This document shows, in pieces, positions 42,681 through 55,000 of a stretch of DNA of 64,000 bases. The stretch is from contig CM082584.2 in the NCBI GenBank assembly GCA_040954595.2, forward strand, positions 1,288,281-1,352,280. The letters are read 5' to 3'. The stretch's first letter is position 1; every line of letters starts with the position of its first letter. The notes beneath the pieces were generated by a model, which did not search any database, was not told where the DNA came from, and worked only from the letters and a program-made list of their open reading frames with translations. A program made the position numbers and the translations under genes. This DNA is from Balanoglossus misakiensis. Its lineage: Eukaryota > Animalia > Hemichordata.

Positions 42681-42873
42681 TTAAAAGTATACAGTCACCT
42701 TCAATACACATTCCCATATATGGCTGAATGGCGTATTTGAGCATTCTAAAGAACATATGGTGGCGCCTGTTTTCCACGTGTGCCACCAAATGAAAATCTG
42801 TGATTGGCTAGATTTCAATTTTCCATGGTAACTATATATAGCTAATTTTCCATGGGTGATCATATACCTTTAA
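42681..42873. mobile_element. TTAA-flanked MITE; related inverted partial copy at ~55013-55150
   Basis: TTAAAAGTATACAGTCACC ... GGTGATCATATACCTTTAA. The internal sequence matches 55013-55150 in reverse complement. Confidence 0.75.
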
Positions 42874-42898
42874 CTCTATAGTTTAACATGATACTTAC

Positions 42899-43084
42899 GA
42901 ACACATGATTGGTTAAAAGTGTAGACATCATACATTGAGAGACCAGTTTCTCCAGGTGGCAGATAGAATCCACCTGTGCCGTTATTTGCATATAAGAGAT
43001 AGCCTTCTTCACAGGAACATTGAAAACCACCTGCAGTGTTTTTACAAAGTTGATCACAAGAATGTGAAGCACATTCATTTATAT
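42899..43084 (-). CDS. Exon: calcium-binding EGF with long insert (missing from the ORF track)
   Basis: tgtag|(D)INECASHSCDQLCKNTAGGFQCSCEEGYLLYANNGTGGFYLPPGETGLSMYDVYTFNQSCV|gtaagt; 186 nt, phase 1-1. Confidence 0.93.
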
Positions 43085-46000
43085 CTACAAAGAAGGAACA
43101 TGGATTGGATTAAAACAATGTACGTTCAGTAAAATTGAAAGTATTGTCATTTCTTTTAATCGTGAATTTTGGGATTATCTTGTGTACGTACAAGATGAAT
43201 CTGTGATAAAATAAAGGCGTCACCTTGCTTGCTTTTGAAATACAAGGCCATTAATTTAGTTGATAATAGAAGAAACCTGCTGACTCAGCATGGTTCACCA
43301 ATGGTTTGTCTATGGACAAAAACCTTAAAGAAATTTATCTCAAAATAGAGCATTGTAACCACACAATTTTATTTGACCAATGAATTTATATTTACTAGAC
43401 TGAGCTATGTGTAAAATTTCGTGAAAATGACAATAGTAGAAGTTTGTTTTCCAGCAATTATCAATGTAATCCTATGAGAAAAAGACACCTGAGATTAAAA
43501 GGTCATTCCAAAAATTTATCCGGAATTCTGAAATAAGTTCGGAATGTGTTAAATGTGAAAATAGTGACTTGAAGTTATGTTGCAAGTGACTTGTTTATGT
43601 CTCACCTTTGCATGCTGTTCCATTCACATCTGGTTCAAATCCCACCAAACATGCACACTGATAGTCACCATCTCTATTTTCACAGACTTGATTGATTCCA
43701 CACGGTGCCCCCAATGTACTACATTCATTGATATCTGAAATGTTATTCATCAAGATATGATCAAAATCCCACGGGTCCACTGGTAAATTCAGACCAACAA
43801 GTTTAGCTGGGAACCACCAGACCAACAGGAAATTTTCACAAACAAATTTTCGCGAACTATGCAAGAGCCAAAAAAAATCATACCTTCTATCTCTGTACTG
43901 GTCACCACGCCCTCACCAATCACAATTTCGGGACAGTCTGTCAGAACAAGGATCACAATGATAAGAATGCATGCAGACAAATACTTAAACTCATAAATGT
44001 CAGTTGTTTTAAAGTGAAGGGGTCGTCGCAATGCGTTTGTTTATAAACATTACAATTCATCCACAAATCCCTCAAATAAGATAATTCTTAGAATGAACGA
44101 AGCAGCTGACAGTATCCTAGACTGGCCATGACAGCAACTGAAGATCCTAGTAGGTCGTGGCTGTCTAATTTCAGGGATTTGTGGATGAATTGCAATGTTT
44201 ATAAACAAACAAACGCAGTGCGACGACCCCATCACTTTATTGAGTTTGATACAAGAGTGTTGCCATTCCTGTCAATGGTCCAAAAATGCATTGCAATTGT
44301 AAGAAATTACTGTCTCTGTTTTTCCAGCTCTTTGAAGTTTCGTAAAAATTCAAAAACATTTGCACCTTTCACTTAATGACTCTAAATCACAAGGAATAAA
44401 GGGAGAGTGTGTTTCTAAGAATTCTGTAACAACTTTTTCTGAAATGTTAGTAAGTTACTGTAAAACACTTTATTTTCGCGAGCAAGAGATTTTAGCGAAA
44501 TACGCGAGAGCCAAAATAGCGTGAAAATAAAAAGTTGCGTAATTTTTTTGAAGATAAAGATGCAATGAATGAAATAAGAGAACGCGAAAATTAATACTGG
44601 CGAAACAGTGGCCTCTCTCGATGTCGCGAAAAATTTCAACTCGTGAAAATAAAGTGTTTTACAGTATGTGTACCTGGTGAAAATGAAGCCCTGAATCCTT
44701 TAGCTGGTCGTGTTCTACTACTCCTGAACACAACCGAAAAGTGTCCAATGTCTGTACGGCAATCGGGTGGTGGCATAGTGCCATCAATGACTCCATCAGA
44801 ATTGCCACTCCATGGACCAATAATGACATCATCATCACTCTCAGTACCATTGTATACCTTCAGAAACAAAGACAAATTAAGCATGCATTGTAAATACCGT
44901 AAAACGGGAAATCTTCACAACAGGAAATTTTCGCGATATCAAAGGTGGCTACTGTTACGCGACAATTAATTTTCACATTGCCATATTTTACTGCATTGTT
45001 ATCTCTGAAGCATTTTAAGCGACTTTTTATTTTCATATTTTTTGGCTCTCACATAGTTTACGAAAATTTATCGTTCACGAAAATTTTATAGTATTCAATC
45101 CTTGTTGCATTTCCTGCTGTAACAGCTACTCAACATACTGTAAAATGGGAAATGTTCGCAAACAATAAATTTTCGCGATCTACGTGAGAGCCATCAAAAC
45201 ATGAAAATAAAAAGTTGCGTAAAAATGTTTTTCGGGGATAATGATGCAGTGAAATACAAGAACGTGAAAAGTTATTGTTGCATAACACTTGCCTCTTTTG
45301 ATATCGCGAAAATTTCATGTTTCAAAAGTATCCCGTTTTACAGTATATATGTGATTAATTAAATTTCCAAATTGTGTTCCAAAGTTGTATAGTTTGAAGT
45401 AATGTCTGCCAAAATTGTCAAACTAAAATCACTGCAAAATAATATGACAAATTTTTTAATATGACAAATATTTTTAACATGGCTGACTCATGATCATATC
45501 TGATACTCACAATGATGTAATCAACATCTGTGTTCCTCTCTAATCCAAAGTTCTCATCAAAGATAAGAGTTAATGGTCTTCCAGTTGGTTCCTTAATTAA
45601 CCAGCTACACATAACATCATCAGGGTAAGTGCTAACATCATACCCTGGTGACTGAATCGTGCCAAAACTACGCAGAATTTCAATTCCCTGGCAACCTTTA
45701 AAGAAACAAGTGACGTATCGGTCAAAAGAGCTCTGCTGACTTTAACAGTGAAACCTATAGCTGGGCAATGATATGAATACCCTAGGTTTTAATCATAACA
45801 ATTGTATTCTATTAAACATAACCAAACATAGACATCACAAGTATTTAATATCCACATTCAGCTTGATTCATTGTGCTAAAGAAATAAAGAATTTATTCCT
45901 AAAGAACAACATCAAAAGGAAGTACCAAGGTTCTAATTTGCATATTCATGACCCGATCAAAATTCCAATAAAACAAAATCAGGTAGGGGCACCATAACAC

Positions 46001-49000
46001 ACATTCTACCAAATTTCAGCTCCATCGTACATGTATTTTGGGAGAAGATTTTTTTACCAAAAATTCTATTTTTAGATCTAATTTGCATATTTATGACCCC
46101 ATCATATCCAAATTAGCAAAATCAGGTAGGGGCACCATAACACACATTACTACTAAATTTCAGCGCCATCGTACATGTAGTTAGGGAGAAGAAGATTTTT
46201 GACCAAAAATTCTATTTTTAGATCTAATTTGCATATTTATGACCCAATCAAATCCAAATTAACAAAATCAGGTAGGGACACTATGACACACATTCCTACT
46301 AAATTTCAGCTCCATCGTACATATAGTTAGGGAGAAGAAGATTTTTTACCAAAAATTATATTTTTAGATCTAATTTACATATTCATGACCCGATCATATC
46401 CAAATTTATAAAATCAGGTAGGGGCATCATAACACACATTCCTACCATATTTCAGCTCCATCGTACATGTAGTTAGGGAGAAGAAAATTGTTGACCAAAA
46501 ATTCTATTTTTAGATCTAATTTGCATATTTATGACCCCATCAAATCCAAATTTACAAAATCAGGTAGGGGCACCATAACACACATTCCTACCAAATTTCA
46601 GCTCCATTGTACATGTAGTTATGGAGAAGAAGATTTTTTACCAAAAATTCTATTTTTAGATCTAATTTTCATATTCATGACCCGATCATATCCAAATTTA
46701 TAAAATCAGGTAGGGGCACCATAACACACATTCCTACCAAATTTCAGCTCCATTGTACATGTAGTTATGGAGAAGAAGATTTTTTACCAAAAATTATATT
46801 TTTAGATCTAATTTTCATATTCATGACCCGATCATATCCAAATTTATAAAATCAGGTAGGGGCACCATAACACACATTCCTACCCAATTTCAGCTCCATC
46901 GTACATGTAGTTAAGGAAAAGAAAATGTTTGACCAAAATTCTATTTTTAGATCTAATTTGCATATTTATGACCCAATCAAATCCAAATTAACAAAATCAG
47001 GTAGGGACACTATGACACACATTCCTACTAAATTTCAGCTCCATCGTACATATAGTTAGGGAGAAGAAGATTTTTTACCAAAAATTATATTTTTAGATCT
47101 AATTTACATATTCATGACCCGATCATATCCAAATTTATAAAATCAGGTAGGGGCATCATAACACACATTCCTACCATATTTCAGCTCCATCGTACATGTA
47201 GTTAGGGAGAAGAAAATTGTTGACCAAAAATTCTATTTTTAGATCTAATTTGCATATTTATGACCCCATCAAATCCAAATTTACAAAATCAGGTAGGGGC
47301 ACCATAACACACATTCCTACCAAATTTCAGCTCCATTGTACATGTAGTTATGGAGAAGAAGATTTTTTACCAAAAATTCTATTTTTAGATCTAATTTTCA
47401 TATTCATGACCCGATCATATCCAAATTGATAAAATCAGGTAGGGGCACCATAACACACATTCCTACTAAATTTCAGCTCCATCGTACATGTAGTTAGGGA
47501 GAAGAAAATGTTTGACCAAAATTCTATTTTTAGATCTAATTTGCATATTTATGACCCCATCAAATCCAAATTTACAAAATCAGGTAGGGGCACCATAACA
47601 CACATTCCTACCAAATTATAGCTAAATATGCAATGTCGTTTTAAAGAAGAAGATTGAAATACCAAAAGTTGACGGACGCCGGACGCCGGACGACGGACGG
47701 ACACTTATCAACCTACAGCTACAGCTTGGCTGACACAAGTGACAGCCGAGCTAAAAATACCAAACAAGGAATAATGAATTCAATCCACAGGTTTGGTGTA
47801 ATCCTGGCTGCCTTTTATTTTGTGCTAGGGGATCAAATCACTTAATAATTGCCTTCTGGATAAAAAGTCGTACGCGACAGAAGAAATTACTGTTAACTGT
47901 ATATGACTTCCTTAGGTCAAACCTTTCTGTCGTTATACATGTAGTTATCAAATTAAACTCATTTAACTTTTTTCACATTTTGTTATTTTTTCTGTTAAAA
48001 AGTTCCATAATGACCCAGTATCAGATTAGCTTATATTATAAACTTCCAGAAAGAATGGCAAAATAAGATAGATCTGTGATCCTTACAATTCTTACTGGGT
48101 TGAAATTCTTTGGGAATGATTTTAAGTGATTTAAAGGGACAAAGTTTCTCTCACTCGCTGCCCTTTTTCCATTAACTATGTTTGATACAAGACACTGTTT
48201 ATGTTATTCTACATGTGGATATATAGTGAATCAACATTCAACCACGCACAACTTCCATCCCGTTTGTAGGATATGAGAGTAAAAATATTGCCAAAATGAA
48301 TAAACGGTAGAGACCAATTATTCATTTTGGCGAGTTTTTTCACTCTTGTGTCTACAAGTGGGATGGAAGTTGTGTGTGGTCAAACGTTGTTTCAATATAT
48401 ATCCACATGTAGAATAACATAAACGCTGTATTGTATCATCATAATTCCTGGAAAAAGGGTAGCGAGAGAGAGTGTTTGTCCCTTTAAAACATTGTTCTCT
48501 TGTATCATGAATCCTTGATTGCCTCTTCATTCAAACAACATCTTGATCAATTTGAATGCGTTACCTACCTGCCCAGTAATGTGCATGAAAACCTCTCATT
48601 GTAACTGCATCATCACTCTTAATGTCAACTCTCATCATACTTTTGGAAGATATGATGACATTGGGTAACTCCATCCCAGAAAACAAAGCAAGTCTGAGGG
48701 CAGGATTCAGTTCAGCGCCATCGTATACAGACACTTGATTAGCCCCATCTTCTGTTGCAAAGGAGATAAACTGAAAAGATATAAAAAATAGCATCAAAGA
48801 CACTTTGCTCCCATTTGATATGTACATTTAAATGTGACATACCGTACAATCATAGTGATCACAATTTCCTACACAAAACCATTAAGGGGCAAAGTCTCTC
48901 TCTCTCGCTGCTCCTTTTCCATTAATTATCGTTTGATTATCGTTTATGTTATTCTACATGTGGATATATAGTGAATCAACATTCCATCCCGCTTCATTTT

Positions 49001-52000
49001 GGGCGAGATTTTTACTCTCATATCCTAAAAATGGGATGGAAGGTGTGTGTGGTCGAATGTTGATTCACTATATATCCTCATGTAGAATAACATAAACGGT
49101 GTCTTGTATCAAACATAATTAATGGGAAAAGGGCAGCGAGAGAGAGAGACTTCGTCCCTATAAGGACACCTTTAGCATTGATGAGGTAATATAAGAATAC
49201 ATCTGATAAAGAATATTTTCACATCCCAATAAACCAAAATCCAAAACAACTGGAAGAGCCGTTTCTGACATAAGTGGACTTTTGGACCAAAAATGTCTAA
49301 AACTACCCACCCCCCTCCTCCCCAGTATTGATATTTGTCACATGTTTATGTACACCATAATAACAAATATTGTAGGTCCTTGTAAACCAAATTTTAAGAA
49401 ATCGGAAAAGTGACTACTGAGAATTGACCAGAAATGACAAAAATAAAATGTATTTTTAAAAATATAATTACTAATTTTTGTCATGCTGTAAAACAACTCA
49501 CACGATTAATTGCATCTGAATCCACTAATAACATGAAATGAGTTGTGAAAAAGAGTACAAATATGAGTTCATCTACATGTACATGTAGTCTTCTATTTAC
49601 CTGTAAAGTGACAACAAATTCTGTTGTGAATGATGCCAGCTGCCAGTTACAATCTTCATTGTTGAGATAATTCTTGCCTTCAAAATATTCTGTACTGCTG
49701 AGATTCTGTTTATATGACTGTGCTATGAAATTCCCACCACACAAAGAATACACTGAAAGAAAGAAGAAGTCATCTTAACAGAAACACTTCACAAACAGGA
49801 CATCAGCAAGATCACAGTCGAGGTAGGGCTAATATTGCCTACATGTGCAATCTATAATGTTATACCAGGTTCACGTAGGGTAAAATTCGAAACGTTTCAG
49901 AGACACTATTTGCCTAAGGTAAACACAGAGCATTAATGCTTTTAGTTGCCTTGTGTCCACACATGCAAAGTTTATGTGTAGTTCGCGAAAATTTATCGTT
50001 TGCGAAAATTTCCAGTTTTACATTATGTATAAAACTTGGTATTACCTGCTTGCCAAGATGCTTCAAAGCCAGTAGCAGTATGCGAACTATCTGAGAGAAA
50101 TTTCACCAACATTGCATTACCACTGCTAATAACTTCATCAGGCTGGTCCGGTCCACTGTATGTAGCAAGAACTTTGGATGGGTCAAACACAGACACCTCG
50201 ACAATGACAACAGTATCATGATAAAGTTCAGTGTCAAAATGTAGAAACTGAAAAGAATAAAACAAATGTCACAACACACATCATAAATAGTGAGCTGTCT
50301 CAAGCCAATATACATGAAAATAAACACAGTTTCATGACTTAAGCCCCATTAGCTGTAACTTTTTGCATTTTTCAGTATTTCTATTCTGTGTATCAATTAT
50401 AGTTTCTTGTTCAGCTACGCAGGGCAGAGTTAAATCCATAGTCTTAACTTCTCAACGAAACCTATGAGGGCACAATCGGCATTGTTGTTGTTTGAAAACA
50501 TTCGTAAATAATAACAACAGTCAGTACACATACACATGACTCGTTGACAAGCAGAGAGCTGGGTGTGATGGGTTACTCATGAGGAGAGGAACAAGAAAAA
50601 GTGTTTCATTTAAATTATAACACATGATAGCGAGGGCAATATCACGATTTGAAGCCTGCACGAGGGATGGTGATCTCTGACCATAATATTGATGATGCCC
50701 GAGCCGCAGGCGAGGGTATCGAGAGTCTTCATAACATGATAATAAAAGTATAAAATAGACAAAAATCAATTCACCAGAAACAAACTAACGTTGCAATAAA
50801 TTAACTACAAATTTCTAGAAAATTATACTAAATCACATTATCCCCAGATTTGCTTGTATTACTCTAACCAGATGCTTCACTTCGATTTTGCTTCACTACC
50901 GACATGTAACAAGGTTGGCTGTTTTAGGCCTACTGTTTAACAAAACCCGCGTACCTTGCAAAATTCTGCTTACTTTTTGTTGCTGTTCACCAGACGTGGG
51001 TTTGTAATGTCGGACGGATTCACTTCGGTATCAAGTCTTTTCGCAGATGAGTTACTCACCAATATCGCTACCATACAGACACGTTGCCGCTGTGGCTCGT
51101 AGAGAGTGAATCGTTCAAAAGCCAGGGAGGCCAATACACAGACGGGCAGTAGTACCATGTAGAGCATTGTTACCCGGTTTTTGCTTTACCAACATGTAGC
51201 CGCTTGTTTTCGCAGATGATATAGATCGGAACTACATGTATCTTCAGATCAATTTCATGGACATTTGAAGGAAATTAAAAAAAAACGTGACACTTACATG
51301 TAGGCCTACTGCATTTGGCCTAGAAAATTTTCGCGTAAGCTTACCATGTGCACGCAAAACCCCAATAGCTGTAACCCTTCCCATAATACACTACGTAACA
51401 CACCTGTAAAGTTTAATTTGATGCAAATTAATGTTTGAAATGAGCATATCACTCCGACATGTAAGTATGAACATTTAGAGTAACACCTGTCAAGCGTGGG
51501 CGATCTTGTAAGGCCCAGCAGGGCGGTCTCGAACTACCTGCCCACGACATGATTCATTTATAGGAAAAGGGGTGGCTAACCAAATTTCACAGTCAGCAAT
51601 GAAGAATAAGCCTCTTTTGATAAGCTTTTGTTCGTTCATTTTATTGAATCGTTGAGTAAAACGACGTCTTTGTGGTACACGAAGCTCCAATGGTTACAAT
51701 GTCTGTGGGGGATCGTGGTTTAAGTTAGAGAACCACCTCCCTCTCAGTGGTTCTTGCACCCAAGGAGACATCACATGATCTAATCCCCCTTGTTTAACTT
51801 TTAGTGGTGAGCTCTTCCAAGTATATCTTGTATTGCTTAGGGGACTCTCTCTCTCTCTCCTTCCCTCCCTTCCACCCCTCCCCCTCCCTCTCTAGCTCTC
51901 TCTAGCTCTCTCTCCCTCCCTACTGCTCTCAACCCCTCCCTCTCCCTCTAGTTCTCTCTCCCCCTCTCCCTCACTACCACCCTCCCTCCCTCCCTCCCTG

Positions 52001-55000
52001 TCACTCTCCAGCTCTCTCTCCCTCCCCTCTCCCTCCTCTCACTCTCCCCTCCCAGCCTCTCCCTCCCGCTCTTTTGCACACACTCTCTCTTAGTATATAT
52101 ATTGGGAGGTGACTACAGCAGTGCGAGAAAAGTAAAGACCTGATGCGAGTAAGGGAAGATTCTAGCTGATTTGAATCAGACTTACCCTCAGCACAAGCTG
52201 CTACTTCACACATTGACAGACTGACATCATCACATCTTGCATGATACAATGGGTAATTATTTTCAAAGAGGTTTAACCTCACACATTGCCCAGTGGAGGC
52301 ATCAGGTTCTGTGTCTGGCCATCGACCATCAAAGACACTACCTTTCCTGCCATCTGAATAATCATATTCCACACTGCCATCTCGATTGGGTCCACTAAAT
52401 CCTATAAAATGGAAATAAAGAAAGAAGATGCATACAGCAGTGTTTCATCCAGGATGGGGGGGGGGGGGGGGGATATGTCCCCCTTTGCATGAATAGTTGC
52501 ACTCTTGCAAGGAGGGGAATGAGTGACATCGCTGAGTCTGTAAGGGGCACCATTTCCCCCTTGACAAATTTCTCGGGGGGTGCCAACATGCTGACAGTGG
52601 GCGAATTCCTTCATCCCTCCATCTGGATGAAAAACTGCATACAGAGTCACTTAATAGCAAGATTTTGTGAGGTTATTGAGATGTAAAAAATAGGCTTTTC
52701 AATAACCATCTTGAGACAATTATCATTCAAGTGTTACTATGCAGTGCTCACTTGTAAACTGTCAAATTCCAAAACCAGTTATTTTTTACACTTGATACAC
52801 CCACAAATTATTTGGGAACACTGAGAAACACTGTTAAAAGACACACTCACCAATCCAACCATGGTTCGCTGTTTCATTGGAAGTCTCTTCAATCTGGTTT
52901 ACAATCTCTGCTCCAGCATAACGATTTTCAGAATAACCCTCAATTACTGTCAAGTGCCCACCATAAAATCTGAAAATAAACCAATTTATAACACATCAAA
53001 CATGTTCCAAACTAATTTCGAAATTCCAGTCCATGAATAATACATTTCCTCTTTGAAAACATTTAATATTGGTGAATAAGAGGTTCATAAATGTATAACA
53101 TTATATTTTTGTTTGTAAAGTCTATATTTTGTGTTACACCTTTCCAATAAGTGTGTGATTAGTGTAGATTTCGGCAGAATTTCTGGGAAAAAAGAATCTG
53201 TGAAAAATTCACCTGAATTTAGGGGAGAAAAAAATTTGCTGAACGTTTCCTTTGAATAAAAAAGTTCAGCTTATTTCTTTAAGAGAAAACATGACAATTT
53301 CCAGGAAATGGCTGTTGTTGTTTTTTTTTTGGTGTGAATAAACTTAAAAGACAAATTCTGATACAGTTGCATCAAGGTGATGGAAGAAAATCCCAGATTA
53401 ACAGGATATTTGGAAAATTTATCCAGAATTTCAAAATTAGTTCGAAATGTGACATTGTGTTATCAATGATCTGTGTTGAGCAGTCGAACGATGAACGGGT
53501 AGTTGACAATTCCCACGAGCACACCCGTATCTTTCCTCGGTAGTTGCGCCGGGCCGGTCGGCAATGTAACAGAAAAAGTGGTACGATATGCCAGCTGAGC
53601 CGTCGCTAGTCTACAATTCCGAGTCTACAAGGCCGTCTCTAACTAAAAATTATAATAACTATCGAGGAACGTGACAATTATATCAGCGAATGTGGGGCTG
53701 GGGGTTGCTGCAGTTTGCAGCCCCTCCATCTCCCCTGGACGATTTTTGTTTTTGCGGGGCTGCAGGTCCCAGCTATTCTAAACCGCACAACGAGCGACCG
53801 GGATTTGGGCCCGGAGCGAATTTCTACACTCCAGACGTCTCCAGTCCACAATTTTCCACAATTTTTTCGCCAAATCGGTCCCGGAACCCATACAGCGCTT
53901 ACCTGGCAAAGGATGTCGCGGTATTTGTCGATTTTGCCTACGTTTTCCCCAGTTATTCAACTTCAATCGGCAAAACCAAAACTCGTTCAGGGGAGATGGA
54001 GGGGCTGCAAACTGCAGCAAGGGCTGGGGGCTGCAGGCAGAATATATGAACAAAGGATACGCGTGAAAAAAAGACAATTACCTACTTTGCTACCGTGGGT
54101 CTTTGACTAATTAAAACATGATAACGTGCATCAAAGCCAGCCGAGGCTTCAGGGGCATAGTATTCCTGAGTTTATACGCGAAGAAACCAAGAAATATTCA
54201 TGAGTATGTAGACGGAACTTGTCTTTTAGCTCAAATTTGACCTGGCTTGAGGTCACTGTGACAGCGCAGCCAGCGGTAGAATTGGGGTAGGCATGAAGAA
54301 CATATCTACTACAAAAACTGGTGAGGGCGGGAGGGGGGGGAGTTGGGGGGTGGGGGCTTTTCAGTTTAGTCACGGTCCTTGGTTTTGGCCTTCGGCTTCA
54401 CTAGAAAAGCCAAAAAACCACAATGCCGAAGGCCAACTCGTCGAAGCACCTGGTACGTCTATGGCAGAAGTCAGTATTTACATGTTCTGACTCGGTACAC
54501 GCCATGCACTTGCCAAGAGATTCCACGAGGAATACCATGATGATGAACGGTTCGGGCGTCTTCGTGTGCACGAAGACACGATACTAGGCTTCATTGACCC
54601 TGTCTCATTCTTTTCTTTTCATGCGCATAAGGACATGAAAAGTCGACCTAACCTTTTGTTTTATCACTTACTGTGGTTTTATAGGGATGCTGTGAGTGAA
54701 AAAGTGGCACATTCGGGTTGTTGCCTTATACTTAATTTCGCCATTTCTATTGGAGCAGGCTACACCGGGCCCAGGGTCGAACTTAAACCAATTTGCAGCC
54801 GTGATGGTCGAACAATGTCCGACAAATTTTAGGCACGTCAAGCTTATGCCTTCCTGGGTCGCCCGACAAGAATGAACTTCTATTTTAACGATAGGGCCTA
54901 TTCCAATCGATACCCGCCGTATCAGTCACGCAATAATGAACACGAAATCCAGATCCCCCAAAATGATGTTTCACTAGACTCGGGGAGAGTGCTGTTTAGT

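Noticed and set aside
46488-47429. Two near-identical 70/71-aa ORFs
   Set aside because: Translation of the 146-bp tandem array.
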